Positions 17,168 through 33,483 of a stretch of 64,000 nt of DNA are shown here, piece by piece; position 1 is the stretch's first letter; every line of letters starts with the position of its first letter. The notes under the pieces are model-generated. The model was not told where the DNA came from. It saw only the letters and a program-made list of their open reading frames with translations, and did no database searches. A program made the position numbers and the translations under genes. Source of the stretch: a virus; IMG/VR virus record IMGVR_UViG_2974684452_000001, positions 1,828 to 65,827 of that record. One strand, written 5' to 3'.

Positions 17168-17479
17168 ATGGCGAAGATCACCATCAAGGGAAGCCTCAGC
17201 CCGGCTGCCGGACTGGCGCGCGACGAGGTACGCACGGTGCAGGACAGCCCCGAAGTGCGGGCCTACGTCGCTGCCGGGTTCGCCGACATCGTGGACGAGG
17301 AGACCGGCGAGACGGAGCCGCCGGTGCTGCCCGACCCGCCCAAGGCTCCGGCCAAGAGCGCCAGCCGCGCTGACTGGGCCAAGTTCCTCGGCGAGCAGGG
17401 TTACGACGTGCCCGACGAGGATGCCCCCGGCGGCAAGCGCGATGATCTGGTCGAGGCCTGGGAGAATCGACCGGTCTGA
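17168..17479 (+). CDS. Hypothetical protein with a small helical C-terminal motif
   Basis: GAGGAG RBS; PAKSASRADWAKF...KRDDLVEAW. Confidence 0.6.
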   Translation: MAKITIKGSLSPAAGLARDEVRTVQDSPEVRAYVAAGFADIVDEETGETEPPVLPDPPKAPAKSASRADWAKFLGEQGYDVPDEDAPGGKRDDLVEAWENRPV

Positions 17480-17895
17480 TGGCCCGCGTCACCGCGCGCA
17501 TCGAGATCAACGAGGCGGGGCTGGAACAGCAGTCGGGGGTCATCCTGCGACGCAAGCACCGCTCGTTGACGAGGCGCATTGCTACTGATGCGCGCGGGCG
17601 CGTGCCGGTGCTGACCGGCAACCTGGGCCGGACGATCGGCGAACTCCCGCAGCACTACACCCCGTTCCACGTTGACGGCGGCGTCGAGGCGACCGCCGAC
17701 TACGCGGCGGCGGTCCATGAGGGCAGCCGACCGCACCGCATCGTGGCCCGGCGGGCGGAGGCGCTGCACTTCTGGTGGCGTGGCCGCGAGGTGTTCCGCA
17801 AGTCGGTCTGGCACCCCGGCACTCGATCCCGCCCGTTCCTGCGCAACGCGGGCGAGACCGTCATCGCCGCCGACCCCGACATCACGCGCAGATAA
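17479..17895 (+). CDS. HK97 gp10-like tail completion protein
   Basis: VPVLTGNLGRTI, YAAAVHEGS and HPGTRSRPFL motifs. Confidence 0.7.
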   Translation: MARVTARIEINEAGLEQQSGVILRRKHRSLTRRIATDARGRVPVLTGNLGRTIGELPQHYTPFHVDGGVEATADYAAAVHEGSRPHRIVARRAEALHFWWRGREVFRKSVWHPGTRSRPFLRNAGETVIAADPDITRR

Positions 17896-17949
17896 TCCCG
17901 ACACCGGTGGTAGTGTCGCGCCGGTAGGCCTCGGGACACTAGGAGACAC

Positions 17950-18543
17950 ATGGCTGAGTTCGGCACCGGCGGCACCAAGATCGACCCGCCCAAGATCGCT
18001 CCGCAGGCGGAGCCGACCGGCGACCAGCTGGCACCGCCGCCTGACGATGACGACGACAACGTGATCGACGTCGAGACCGACAGCACCGCTGCCGCGATCG
18101 CCGACCTCGCGACCGACCACGCCGATGACCCGCGCGACACGGTGAAGGCGGAGGTGGTCGATTCCAACGACGTGCCCTCGTCCTCGTCGCCGGGAACCGC
18201 AGTGGCCCTGGCCGAGAAGTTCGACGTCGCCACGACCGGCGAGAAGTGGGACCACGACTTCCTCACCTTCGAGGGCGACCGGCTCGGCATCCGCGTCCCG
18301 ACCCGGCAGGCGCTGGCTGCATTCAGCCTCGCTACCGGCAAGTATGTCGACGTCGGCGTGAAGAACGACCTCACCGGCCTGTTCATCGCGCGGCACCTGT
18401 CGACGGAGAGCTACGGGCGGGTGTTCTCCCGGCTGATGGACCCCGACGACGAAGGGTACGACGTCGACACCGTGGGTGAGCTTTTCAACGCGATCGTCAC
18501 CGCGTCGCTGCAGCCCACCGAGGGTGACGACAAGAAGGCCTGA
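17950..18543 (+). CDS. Tail assembly chaperone
   Basis: Immediately upstream of the tape measure gene; no overlapping GT-type ORF follows. Confidence 0.65.
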   Translation: MAEFGTGGTKIDPPKIAPQAEPTGDQLAPPPDDDDDNVIDVETDSTAAAIADLATDHADDPRDTVKAEVVDSNDVPSSSSPGTAVALAEKFDVATTGEKWDHDFLTFEGDRLGIRVPTRQALAAFSLATGKYVDVGVKNDLTGLFIARHLSTESYGRVFSRLMDPDDEGYDVDTVGELFNAIVTASLQPTEGDDKKA

Positions 18544-18562
18544 TCGCCGAGCCGTGCGTTAG

Positions 18563-24784
<6,222 letters not shown>

Positions 24785-24793
24785 GAGACGGCG

Positions 24794-26224
24794 GTGACCT
24801 TTCGCGGATACTTCGCCCTCAACGGCGTCGAGATCGCGAACTCCTCGCGTGTCGGGGCGCACATCGGAGCCGACGTGCCGACGTCGGACCTGGGCATGTT
24901 CGACAACGACGCCGACTGCAGCCTGACGCTGCTGCCGGATCGGCTGATCGCCGAGGTCGCCCCGTCCCAAGCACCCATCGCCCCTGGCCGATTGATCTAC
25001 ACGCCCGCCGACGGCACCCGGCTCTACGGGCCGGGCATCGGCGTGGTCGGCGAGTGCTGGTCGCCGGAGAACATGTGCTTTGGCTGCCGACTTGACGAGG
25101 CCTACGACGACTCCTGGCCGGGCCTGGCGGCACTGGTCGATGACGGCATCTACCGGCCTGAGCTTGCGCCCTGGTACACCTTGCGCGCACCCGAGAGCGG
25201 CGAGTTCGGCGGCATCAAGGTGCTCGACGTCAAGGGTCTTGGGCCGACGCCGGTCAGCCGGTCGATGACCGAGATGATCGGGGCGGGCGGCGCACCCGGC
25301 CCGCACCGCGACACCAGCCGCACCGTGACGTTCGACGCGGTGCTGATCGCCTGCACGTCTGCGGGTTTGGAGTACGGCCTGCAGTGGCTCACCTGCCAGC
25401 TGCGCGACACGGTGGACCGCAGCGACTCGGTGCTGCGGTACCTGTCCGCGCACCCCGGCCACAGCGCCGTCGACCCGGCCAGCCTGGTGCGCGAGGTGCA
25501 CGGTGTCGTGCTCACCAAGGAGCCGACGATCACCGACGCGCAGGCGGGCGGTGGCCGCGAGAACCAGCAGGCCACGCTCTACCGGGTCACCTGGGAGATG
25601 GGCGTCGCGAAGCCGTATGCGTACCTGCCGCAGATCGACCTCGCCGTCGATTGGGATGAGGTCGAGACGCAGCCGGTGCAGTGGGTCCACGCGCCCGACT
25701 GCGCTGAGCCTGCCGACTGCGACGAGATGCCGGTGCTCTACAGCGACACCTGCGTGGTCGAGAAGATCGAGGTCATTACCTCACCGCCGCCCAATTGCGG
25801 TGGCTGCCTGCCGGTCGGCCTGATCGACACGCACCGCTGGCGGGTGCCGGTCTTCGCGCAGCCGTACCGCTGCCGCGACACCGCCGCGACGATGATCATT
25901 CGCAACACCGGCTCGCGCCAGCTGACGCTGCAGGCGCACTGGCGGCTCACGGCCACCAACGTCGCCTGCGAGGACAACCTGTTCCCGCTACAGGTGGCGG
26001 GCCTGCCGCCGGGCGCTGAGTTGGTGCTCGACGCGATCTCGGGCCGCTACTGGGCCTACTACGGCGGCGTGCGGCGTCGGCCCGCGTATATCGTCAGCAC
26101 CCCGTCCGGCGCGCCGTGGCAGCCGCCGATCATCGACCGGTCGCAGGGCTGGGAACTGATCGTGGAGGCACCGAGCAACGCGCCCTTCGAGATCGACGTG
26201 AGCCTGGCAGATCGGGAGGCGTGA
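24794..26224 (+). CDS. Minor tail protein (distal tail, Dit-like)
   Basis: First gene after the tape measure; MTFRGYFALNGVEIANSSR start. Confidence 0.7.
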   Translation: MTFRGYFALNGVEIANSSRVGAHIGADVPTSDLGMFDNDADCSLTLLPDRLIAEVAPSQAPIAPGRLIYTPADGTRLYGPGIGVVGECWSPENMCFGCRLDEAYDDSWPGLAALVDDGIYRPELAPWYTLRAPESGEFGGIKVLDVKGLGPTPVSRSMTEMIGAGGAPGPHRDTSRTVTFDAVLIACTSAGLEYGLQWLTCQLRDTVDRSDSVLRYLSAHPGHSAVDPASLVREVHGVVLTKEPTITDAQAGGGRENQQATLYRVTWEMGVAKPYAYLPQIDLAVDWDEVETQPVQWVHAPDCAEPADCDEMPVLYSDTCVVEKIEVITSPPPNCGGCLPVGLIDTHRWRVPVFAQPYRCRDTAATMIIRNTGSRQLTLQAHWRLTATNVACEDNLFPLQVAGLPPGAELVLDAISGRYWAYYGGVRRRPAYIVSTPSGAPWQPPIIDRSQGWELIVEAPSNAPFEIDVSLADREA

Positions 26225-26225
26225 G

Positions 26226-27359
26226 GTGACGGCAGCACTGCGGGTGCCTCGTTCGCTTGACCGGGCTGCGCGCGGCGGGTCGCACCGCGTCGTCACCACC
26301 AACCAGATCGTCAGCATTCACACGAAGTCGGGCGCGCAGGCCTACCAGTTCGCCCCGACCGACCAGGCGACGTTCAACTGGACCCGAGAGGGCCACGACG
26401 TCAGCACGTTCGACCTGAGCGTGCCGCCGATCGGCGACAGCGACCGGCTGCCCGAGGTGCACCCCTGGCAGCACTGGGCCTCGGTCTGGGACGGCGACAA
26501 CGACCGGCTGCTGTGGAAGGGTCCGGTGTTCAAGTCGGTCGCCAACAAGGCCGGGCTGCAGCTGTCGTGCCGCGACCCGGCGGCGTACCTCAGCCGGACG
26601 CGGTGCCCGATCACGAAGCGTTGGGACGCTGCCGATCCGGCGTGGATCGCCCGCGAACTGTGGGAGCCGATGATGGTCCGGCACGGCATTGGCGGCTCGC
26701 CGACCGTGCTCACCGACCCGGCGGGTGACCGGTACGACTTCCACTGCATCGCCGACGAGCAGATGCTCGACGCGACGGTCAAGGAGTTGGTCGACCTGGG
26801 GCTGTTCTGGACCACGGTCGCTGGCAGTTTCGTGCTCGGGCCTGCCCCGCGCAACATCATCGCCAGCCTGGGCGAGGCCGACTTCACCGGCGACACTGGC
26901 ATCAGCGTCGTGCGCGACGGCTCGCAGGTGTTCAACGACGTGCTGGTGCGGGTGCCCGGCGACGAGGTGCGCGATCGGCTCGACTACGGCGATCAGAACC
27001 TTGAGACGATCGTGACTCTGGACAGCATCAGCCAGGTGTCGAGCGTCGCCCGAGCGGCGCGTTCGTACCTTCGCCAGACCGCCGTGGTGCGGGCCGACCT
27101 CGATCTGCCGAGCGGCGTCACGCTGGCCGACGACGCGCCGGTCACGATTGACGACCTGATCCCGTCGACCCGCTACTGGATCACCGCCCAAGGCGTGAGC
27201 CAGGAGGTCGAACTCGAAAGCGTCAGTGTCGATGGCGCGCCGGGGTCAGCTACCGTCAAGGTCACCATGCGACAGGTCATCGAGACGCCCGAACTCACCG
27301 AAGGTGGGCCGACGCAGACGCTCGGCGGGCAGACGCTTCCGCCAGGGCTGACGTCGTGA
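26226..27359 (+). CDS. Minor tail protein (baseplate hub-like)
   Basis: Position and size. Confidence 0.65.
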   Translation: MTAALRVPRSLDRAARGGSHRVVTTNQIVSIHTKSGAQAYQFAPTDQATFNWTREGHDVSTFDLSVPPIGDSDRLPEVHPWQHWASVWDGDNDRLLWKGPVFKSVANKAGLQLSCRDPAAYLSRTRCPITKRWDAADPAWIARELWEPMMVRHGIGGSPTVLTDPAGDRYDFHCIADEQMLDATVKELVDLGLFWTTVAGSFVLGPAPRNIIASLGEADFTGDTGISVVRDGSQVFNDVLVRVPGDEVRDRLDYGDQNLETIVTLDSISQVSSVARAARSYLRQTAVVRADLDLPSGVTLADDAPVTIDDLIPSTRYWITAQGVSQEVELESVSVDGAPGSATVKVTMRQVIETPELTEGGPTQTLGGQTLPPGLTS

Positions 27360-29848
27360 GCGCGCTGGCACCAGGCCGCGCTCCCCGCAGCGACGACGAG
27401 TGGGCCACTGAGATCAACGACCGGCTGCGCCGGTTGGAGAACCCGCGCACCCTGCGCGTCGGGCCGTGGACCATCCTCAACGACCCGCTCAGCGGCAACC
27501 TCAAGGCGATGCGCCCCGGCCAGACGGTCGTCATTGACGAGACCGGAGCCACCGACGTCGCGCCGGTCAGCGTCGACCTCGCGGGCAAGCTCGCCGGGTA
27601 CGTCACCAGCGACCAGCTGACCCAGGCCATCGACGGGATCGACACCGGCGGTGGGTGGCCGGGCCTGGGCGAGGTCGCGAAGTCGATCTGGACCGAGCTT
27701 TACACCAAGCTCACCGGGCTGCTCAACCCGGTCGACGCCCTGACGCAGCTGGCGTCGTTCTTCAAGCTGGAACTGGGCGGGCCGATCCGCCCCGGTCGTC
27801 TGCCGCTGCTGCCGCTTTCGCATATCCGCGACGTCAACCCGAACCTGCTGGTCGACGGCACGTTCTCCGACGAGGCCACGCTCGCTGGCTTTCCCGACTG
27901 GGACTACGACGAGGCCGACGGTCGCAGCGCGCCGGGCAGCGCGTACACGACCGCCGACGGCACCACGCACACCCTGCACTCGAACCCGATCGAGGTCGAG
28001 GCCACCGACAGCCTCGACTTCGAGGTCTACGTCAAGTGGGTCGGGCTGACCGCCGGGCCGAACTCGATCCAGCTGGCCGTGAGCGCCTACCGCGAAGACG
28101 ACGTGCTGATCGACAACGCGCCGCAGGTTCTCGCCAGCGTCGCCAATGCGACAGGGACGGCAGCGAACTGGGGCACGAAGCTGTCGGCGTCGAACTGGCC
28201 GGTGCCCGACGACGCCGCCTACGTCGTGGTCGAGTTGACCGTCGCGGCCACGGCCACTGCCGGATTCGTGAAGTTCGATGACGCGGTGGCCCGCAAGGTC
28301 GGCGCGTTCCCGACCAGCTACGTCTCGGGCCTGGTGGGCGCGCTGCAGACGGCGGCGAACAACCTGCAGGGTCTGCTCAACAACATCTGGTCGGGCGTCA
28401 CCCGGCAGCTGATCGACGGCAACAAGGGTCTGCCCGACATCTTCGACGTGCTCGGCAATATCCCCTCGTTCAACGTGATCGGCGTCGGTGGTCTCGCCAC
28501 GATCGGCGAGGCGTTGGAGGAGACGTGGAGCCAGCTGTGGGGCGGCTTCGCGCAGGCCATCGGGATCGGCGGCAAGTCGATCGCCGACGCGGCGAATGCG
28601 GCAGGGTCAGTGGCGGCGAACGCCGACCAGGCCGTGCAGGTCGGCGAGTGGAACAACGCCATCCTGGGGATCCGCAACGACAACGGGTTCGACTCCGGCA
28701 TGGACCCGACGGCGATCGCCAACTTCGAGCTTCCCGGCCCGACGTCGGCGGCGGGCGACCCGCCGTTCACGACCATCACCAGCGCCGCAGCGCCGATGGC
28801 GTTCTGGCTGGCCGAGAACGACGCCACGCGCGGCGTGGTCAACTTCTTCGGGCGCGTCACCGGCAGCGTCACTGCCGTTTACATCGACGTCTACCGCGTC
28901 AACGAGGCCAAGACGCAGGTCATCTGCAAGCACATCAGCTATGACCTGCTGCCGCTGCTGGCGAGCACCTGGCGCTCGGTGCGGTATGCGTTCGATGAGG
29001 CGCTGCGCGAGACCGTCGCGCACGGCGACGTGCTGGGCTTCGCGTTCCGCATCACCGGCACCGGTTCGATGGACGTCGTGGCGAAGTGGGCCGGATGGCT
29101 GCCGTCGGACACCAGCCAGCCGGTGCGCCGTCCGAGCGCGACCCGGCCCGGCTCCGCCCCGGCGGTCGGCGGCGCGTACAACCTCAGCGGCCTCACCTGG
29201 GCTGGCGACATTCCGTGGGTCGCGGTCGGCATCATGACCGGCGACGTCGCGCCGCCGTTCTATGCGCCGCGCACGACCGAGTTCGCCACGCCGGGACTCA
29301 ACCAGCCCTACGACATTCCCACCTGGGCCAAGTATCTCGACATCGTGCTGATCAGCGGCGCGGGCGGCGGTCACGGCGGCTCCGGCGGCACCAGCTTCCA
29401 CGGCCTCGCGGGCCTGCCCGGCGAGTGGCGTACCGAGACGCTGGTGCGCGGGGTCGACTTCCCGGCCAACGCGACCCGCATCTACCTCGACATCGGCGCG
29501 GGCGGCACCGGCGGCGGGCGCGAGGCCAACGGCGGCTCCGGCGGTGCGACGGTTCGACGCGCGATCACCAGCGGCAAGGCGGCACTGACCGCGCCGGGCG
29601 GCGTGGCCCGCGACGGCTACAACACCAACGACGCGCAGGGTCGCACCCCCAACCCGGCCGCGCTGACCTACCAGGGGAAGACCTACAACGGCGGTCAGGG
29701 CGGCGTGAGTTCGTCGGCGCAGAACGGCCAGCCGGGCAGTGCGCCTGGTGGATCGGGTGCGGGCGGCGCTGGCGGCTTCTACACGGTGGCCTGGGCGGGC
29801 GGCGCTGGTGCGCGCGGCGGCGGCTGGGTCACGGCGCGGAGCACGTAA
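27356..29848 (+). CDS. Minor tail protein / tail fibre with carbohydrate-binding-like and glycine-rich domains
   Basis: NPNLLVDGTF CBM-like segment; C-terminal YDIPTWAKYLDIVLISGAGGG glycine-rich domain. Confidence 0.75.
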   Translation: MSALAPGRAPRSDDEWATEINDRLRRLENPRTLRVGPWTILNDPLSGNLKAMRPGQTVVIDETGATDVAPVSVDLAGKLAGYVTSDQLTQAIDGIDTGGGWPGLGEVAKSIWTELYTKLTGLLNPVDALTQLASFFKLELGGPIRPGRLPLLPLSHIRDVNPNLLVDGTFSDEATLAGFPDWDYDEADGRSAPGSAYTTADGTTHTLHSNPIEVEATDSLDFEVYVKWVGLTAGPNSIQLAVSAYREDDVLIDNAPQVLASVANATGTAANWGTKLSASNWPVPDDAAYVVVELTVAATATAGFVKFDDAVARKVGAFPTSYVSGLVGALQTAANNLQGLLNNIWSGVTRQLIDGNKGLPDIFDVLGNIPSFNVIGVGGLATIGEALEETWSQLWGGFAQAIGIGGKSIADAANAAGSVAANADQAVQVGEWNNAILGIRNDNGFDSGMDPTAIANFELPGPTSAAGDPPFTTITSAAAPMAFWLAENDATRGVVNFFGRVTGSVTAVYIDVYRVNEAKTQVICKHISYDLLPLLASTWRSVRYAFDEALRETVAHGDVLGFAFRITGTGSMDVVAKWAGWLPSDTSQPVRRPSATRPGSAPAVGGAYNLSGLTWAGDIPWVAVGIMTGDVAPPFYAPRTTEFATPGLNQPYDIPTWAKYLDIVLISGAGGGHGGSGGTSFHGLAGLPGEWRTETLVRGVDFPANATRIYLDIGAGGTGGGREANGGSGGATVRRAITSGKAALTAPGGVARDGYNTNDAQGRTPNPAALTYQGKTYNGGQGGVSSSAQNGQPGSAPGGSGAGGAGGFYTVAWAGGAGARGGGWVTARST

Positions 29849-31080
29849 TGGCCGGGTGGTTCGAGGCACCGCCCCGGCTGCCCGAAGTGCTGGTGCCGGG
29901 CTGGTTCGACTCGACCACTCCGCCTGCCGACGTCGAGCCGGAGCCGGAGATCGGGTGGTGGGCGGTGCTCACCCTCGACACCCGCGAGACGGCCAACGCG
30001 ACACAGGCACTGGCGCTGCAGGCGATCAAGAAGCTGGCACTGACGCGGCTGGCGGCGGCGAGCCAGTCGATGACGCTGCGCAAGATCGCCATGCTGGCTC
30101 TGAGCGACACCGCCGACCCCACCGGCGCAGTCGCACTGCAGAAGATCGCCATGCTGGCCCTGAGCCGCACGGCACCGGCCTCGCAGGCACTCGCCCTCGT
30201 CAAGGTCATGCAAACGGCGCTGGCGACCAGCCAGGCCACCGGAACCGAGGTGCTGGCGCTGACGCGGGTCGGCGTGCTGGCGCTGACCCGCACCGCCGGG
30301 GCGACCGCGACGCTGGGCCTGGAACGTCTGGTGACGCTGGCGTTCGCCGAGACGGCCACGGCGACTGCGGCGTTGGAACTGATACGGGTCCAGCTGATGG
30401 ACCTGACGTCGGTCGGGCCGATCGTGTTCGACCCGTCGACCGGCGCATATGCCTACCTCGGGTACGGCGTCGGCGCGATCGGCCTCAACAGCATCAGCAA
30501 CATGTCGCCGTTCACGGCCAGTCGCGGCACAAGTTACGAGACCGCGAGCTTCGGCTTCCGACCGACCGCCGCTGCGACGACCATCGTCGCCGCCTCGGGC
30601 AACTACACGATCCCCCGCTGGGCGGAGTGGATCGACGTGATTGTGCTCGGCGGCGGCGAGGCGGGCACCGGCATCGTCTGGGGCAACGGCTCTGGTGGCC
30701 GGGCCGGTGAGTGGAATGCCCAGCGGTACTACCGGGGTGACGATATTCCCTGGTCACAGACCGTCATGCAGGTCACGGTCGGTGCAGGCGGCACCGGCAA
30801 CGGCGGCGACGGTGGGCAGACCTACGTGTTCCCCGGCCTGCAGGTGGCGACACTGCTCGCCAACGGCGGCAGCGGCAACATGGGTTTGACCAACCCGACC
30901 GGCGAGGGCGTGGCGGCGTACACCTTTCAGGGCGTGTCGTATGCCGGAGGCGCGAGCCAGACCGCGCTCGGCAACGCGGGTCGCGCACCCGGCGGTGGCG
31001 GCGCGGGCGGCGGGTTCGGAGCCAACGTAGGCGGCGCGGGAGCGCGCGGTCAGGTCTGGTTCCGCGCGGGCCAAGGTTAG
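29848..31080 (+). CDS. Minor tail protein with repetitive beta-like stalk and glycine-rich C-terminus
   Basis: ATG overlaps the upstream TAA; YTIPRWAEWIDVIVLGGG resembles the previous gene's C-terminus. Confidence 0.75.
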   Translation: MAGWFEAPPRLPEVLVPGWFDSTTPPADVEPEPEIGWWAVLTLDTRETANATQALALQAIKKLALTRLAAASQSMTLRKIAMLALSDTADPTGAVALQKIAMLALSRTAPASQALALVKVMQTALATSQATGTEVLALTRVGVLALTRTAGATATLGLERLVTLAFAETATATAALELIRVQLMDLTSVGPIVFDPSTGAYAYLGYGVGAIGLNSISNMSPFTASRGTSYETASFGFRPTAAATTIVAASGNYTIPRWAEWIDVIVLGGGEAGTGIVWGNGSGGRAGEWNAQRYYRGDDIPWSQTVMQVTVGAGGTGNGGDGGQTYVFPGLQVATLLANGGSGNMGLTNPTGEGVAAYTFQGVSYAGGASQTALGNAGRAPGGGGAGGGFGANVGGAGARGQVWFRAGQG

Positions 31081-31089
31081 ACTCGCGGC

Positions 31090-31476
31090 ATGGCCGTCGG
31101 ACCTACCGCATATCTGGTGAACAAGCTGTTGGATCACACCTTTCGATCCGGCATCACGTACACCCCACCCTCGACGGTCTACTTCAAGGCTCACATCGGC
31201 GACCCCGGCGCGACCGGCGCGGCCAACGCCAGCGCCCAAGCGACCCGGCTCGCGACCACCTGGGCCGCTGCGGCGTCGGGTCTGATCCTGATGACCGGCA
31301 CTCCCGAACTGACCCTCAACGCCACCGAGACGATCACCCACGGCTCGCTCTGGGACGCGCTGACCGGCGGCAACTGCCTCTGGACGGCGCAGGCGTCGGT
31401 GTCCAAGGGCGGCATCAACGGCGACATCATCCGCCTCACCGGCATCACCCTCGGCTTCACCGGCCTGGCAGCGTAG
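31090..31476 (+). CDS. Minor tail protein
   Basis: YTPPSTVYFKAH.GDPG and ITHGSLWDALTGGNCL motifs of small tail proteins. Confidence 0.7.
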   Translation: MAVGPTAYLVNKLLDHTFRSGITYTPPSTVYFKAHIGDPGATGAANASAQATRLATTWAAAASGLILMTGTPELTLNATETITHGSLWDALTGGNCLWTAQASVSKGGINGDIIRLTGITLGFTGLAA

Positions 31477-31484
31477 GAGACACC

Positions 31485-31868
31485 ATGACTCAGCCCGATG
31501 CGATCCAGTGGGGCGTGCGCCAGGAGGTGCCGATCATCCCCGACGGCGAGATGCCCGAGCAGATTCCCGCGCCCGCGCCGATCGACTACACCGGCATGAC
31601 CGAGGAGCAGGTGGCCGAAGCCGAAGCTCAGCAGGGTGTCGACTTCGCCGCGTGGAACGCCGTGATGGCGGGCTGGTACCAGGACGTGCTGGCGTTGATC
31701 GAGGCGCACCCCGAGTGGTGGCAGTACACCGTGCAGGTCTACCCCGACGAGGCCACGGCGCGTGAGCAGCTGGCACTGACCCGCGAGGCCAACCAGGGCA
31801 ACGCCTTCGTGCGGTCGGTCGATCTGGTGACCGCGCCGGTGATCACCTGGACTGTGGTCGAGGCGTGA
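31485..31868 (+). CDS. Hypothetical tail-region protein
   Basis: AGGAG RBS; 127 aa. Confidence 0.6.
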   Translation: MTQPDAIQWGVRQEVPIIPDGEMPEQIPAPAPIDYTGMTEEQVAEAEAQQGVDFAAWNAVMAGWYQDVLALIEAHPEWWQYTVQVYPDEATAREQLALTREANQGNAFVRSVDLVTAPVITWTVVEA

Positions 31869-31872
31869 CCCG

Positions 31873-32496
31873 GTGACGACGAAGGTCTGCCTCGGCGAGC
31901 ACCTGAGCGTCGGCACTGACGGCAAGCTCAACATGGCGGCGTGGGCGGTGCCGCGCAACGTGCTGGACGAGATCGCGCCCAGCCGGGCCGACACGACCAA
32001 GCTGCTGGCGACTGAGCAGCTGGAAACGGCACGGCTGCTGGTCGACTGGAAGGGCAGCTGGCTCAACGACACGCCGGTGCCGCACATGGTCCGAGTGCAG
32101 ATCACCCGCCGGTACAAGCGGTGGGTGACGTCGAACCCGAACGCCGTCGAGTTCCGCGACCGCTGGGCCACGGCGATCGACGCCGACGCGGCGGTGCCCG
32201 AGGTGACCGACATTCACAACGGGCGGTGTGGCAGTGCCAGCGATGTCGGCACCAACACCGTCGCCGAGCCGAACCCCGGCAAGTTCTGGCACTGGTGGGG
32301 TACGAACACCGTGGACGAGTGGGTCGGGCCGTTGGAGCCGGGCCAACGCCTCAACCTCGCCTACCGGGCCTACGTCTGGACCCCGCCGCCGTTCAGCAAC
32401 AACGCCAACAAGAACGCGCCCGGCCACGAAGCCGAGCTTGGGTACGCTCGCATCGCCGCGCATGTGTTCCCCGGCCCGAGCGCGACCGTCGTCTAG
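31873..32496 (+). CDS. Minor tail protein (paralogue 1 of 3)
   Basis: About 205 aa; similar layout to the 32872 and 33480 genes. Confidence 0.6.
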   Translation: MTTKVCLGEHLSVGTDGKLNMAAWAVPRNVLDEIAPSRADTTKLLATEQLETARLLVDWKGSWLNDTPVPHMVRVQITRRYKRWVTSNPNAVEFRDRWATAIDADAAVPEVTDIHNGRCGSASDVGTNTVAEPNPGKFWHWWGTNTVDEWVGPLEPGQRLNLAYRAYVWTPPPFSNNANKNAPGHEAELGYARIAAHVFPGPSATVV

Positions 32497-32506
32497 GAGG
32501 ATTCCA

Positions 32507-32872
32507 ATGGCAGAGCCGCGCTGGCTGACCAGCCTCAAGCGTGTGGCCTCGGCAGCGAAGTCGCGCCCGTATGAGCCGGAGTGGATCAACGGGCCGGTCG
32601 ACTTCGATGACATCACCGAGCCAGGCGTCTACTGGATCGCGGGCGAGTTCCTGAATGGCGACGCGCCCGACCCGAACACCTACAACGTGCCCGGCAACAC
32701 CGGCATGGTCCGGCTCGAAGTGTCGGTCGTGCGCAACTACGAAGACACTCCCCCGCCGACCGACGCACCGGGAGTGGTGATCTTCCAGGACGTCGTGGGC
32801 GGCTGGTCGCCGGTGCGGGCGCACCGCATCTGGCAGGCCGGGGCGGGCTGGTCGGGCTGGAACATGAACTGA
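32507..32872 (+). CDS. Pyocin-knob-like tail fibre tip domain protein (putative)
   Basis: GGAGG RBS; DFDDITEPGVYW...IFQD...HRIWQAGAGWSGW pattern. Confidence 0.45.
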   Translation: MAEPRWLTSLKRVASAAKSRPYEPEWINGPVDFDDITEPGVYWIAGEFLNGDAPDPNTYNVPGNTGMVRLEVSVVRNYEDTPPPTDAPGVVIFQDVVGGWSPVRAHRIWQAGAGWSGWNMN

Positions 32873-33483
32873 TGCCCAGCCTCAAGCTCTGCACGTCGGA
32901 GTACATGCTTAGCAACGTCAACGGTCTCGGCGTGCGTCGGGGCTGGCTGCCGCGCGTGCTCAACGAGCAGTTCCTTGAGTCCAGCCGCGACGGCGAGATC
33001 AAGCTCAGCCCCGACCCGGTGACGATGATCGACGGCGACCTCACCTGGCACAACGACAGCGACGGCGAGACGGTCGTGTTCGTGCTGCTGCACCGCGCGC
33101 CGCGCACGATCATCGCCCAGTCGCCGAGCACCGTGGTGATCCACGACGCCTGGTCTTCCCGCGTCGGCAAGTCGCCCAGCGCCGACTACCCCGGCGGCGT
33201 CAACGACAGCTTCGGCGGTCGGCTGCAGATCGACCGGGCGTCAGTGGCGAGCAACGACATTCAGTTCGCCCGGTACTTCTTGGAGTGCGACGACTCGCAG
33301 GTGTGGGTGCCGCTGGGCCGGGTGCCCAACGGCCAGGGCTTCCACTTCCGCTACCGGGCCTCGGTCCAGACGCCGGGCACCTGGGTGTCGCCGGGGTCCG
33401 ACAGCGAGATCGAGCCGCGCTGGGAGGCCTACGCCTACTGGACCCGGCTCATCGCCTTCGGCTGGCCGGTGGGGTCGCTATGA
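32872..33483 (+). CDS. Minor tail protein (paralogue 2 of 3)
   Basis: ATG overlaps the upstream TGA. Confidence 0.6.
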   Translation: MPSLKLCTSEYMLSNVNGLGVRRGWLPRVLNEQFLESSRDGEIKLSPDPVTMIDGDLTWHNDSDGETVVFVLLHRAPRTIIAQSPSTVVIHDAWSSRVGKSPSADYPGGVNDSFGGRLQIDRASVASNDIQFARYFLECDDSQVWVPLGRVPNGQGFHFRYRASVQTPGTWVSPGSDSEIEPRWEAYAYWTRLIAFGWPVGSL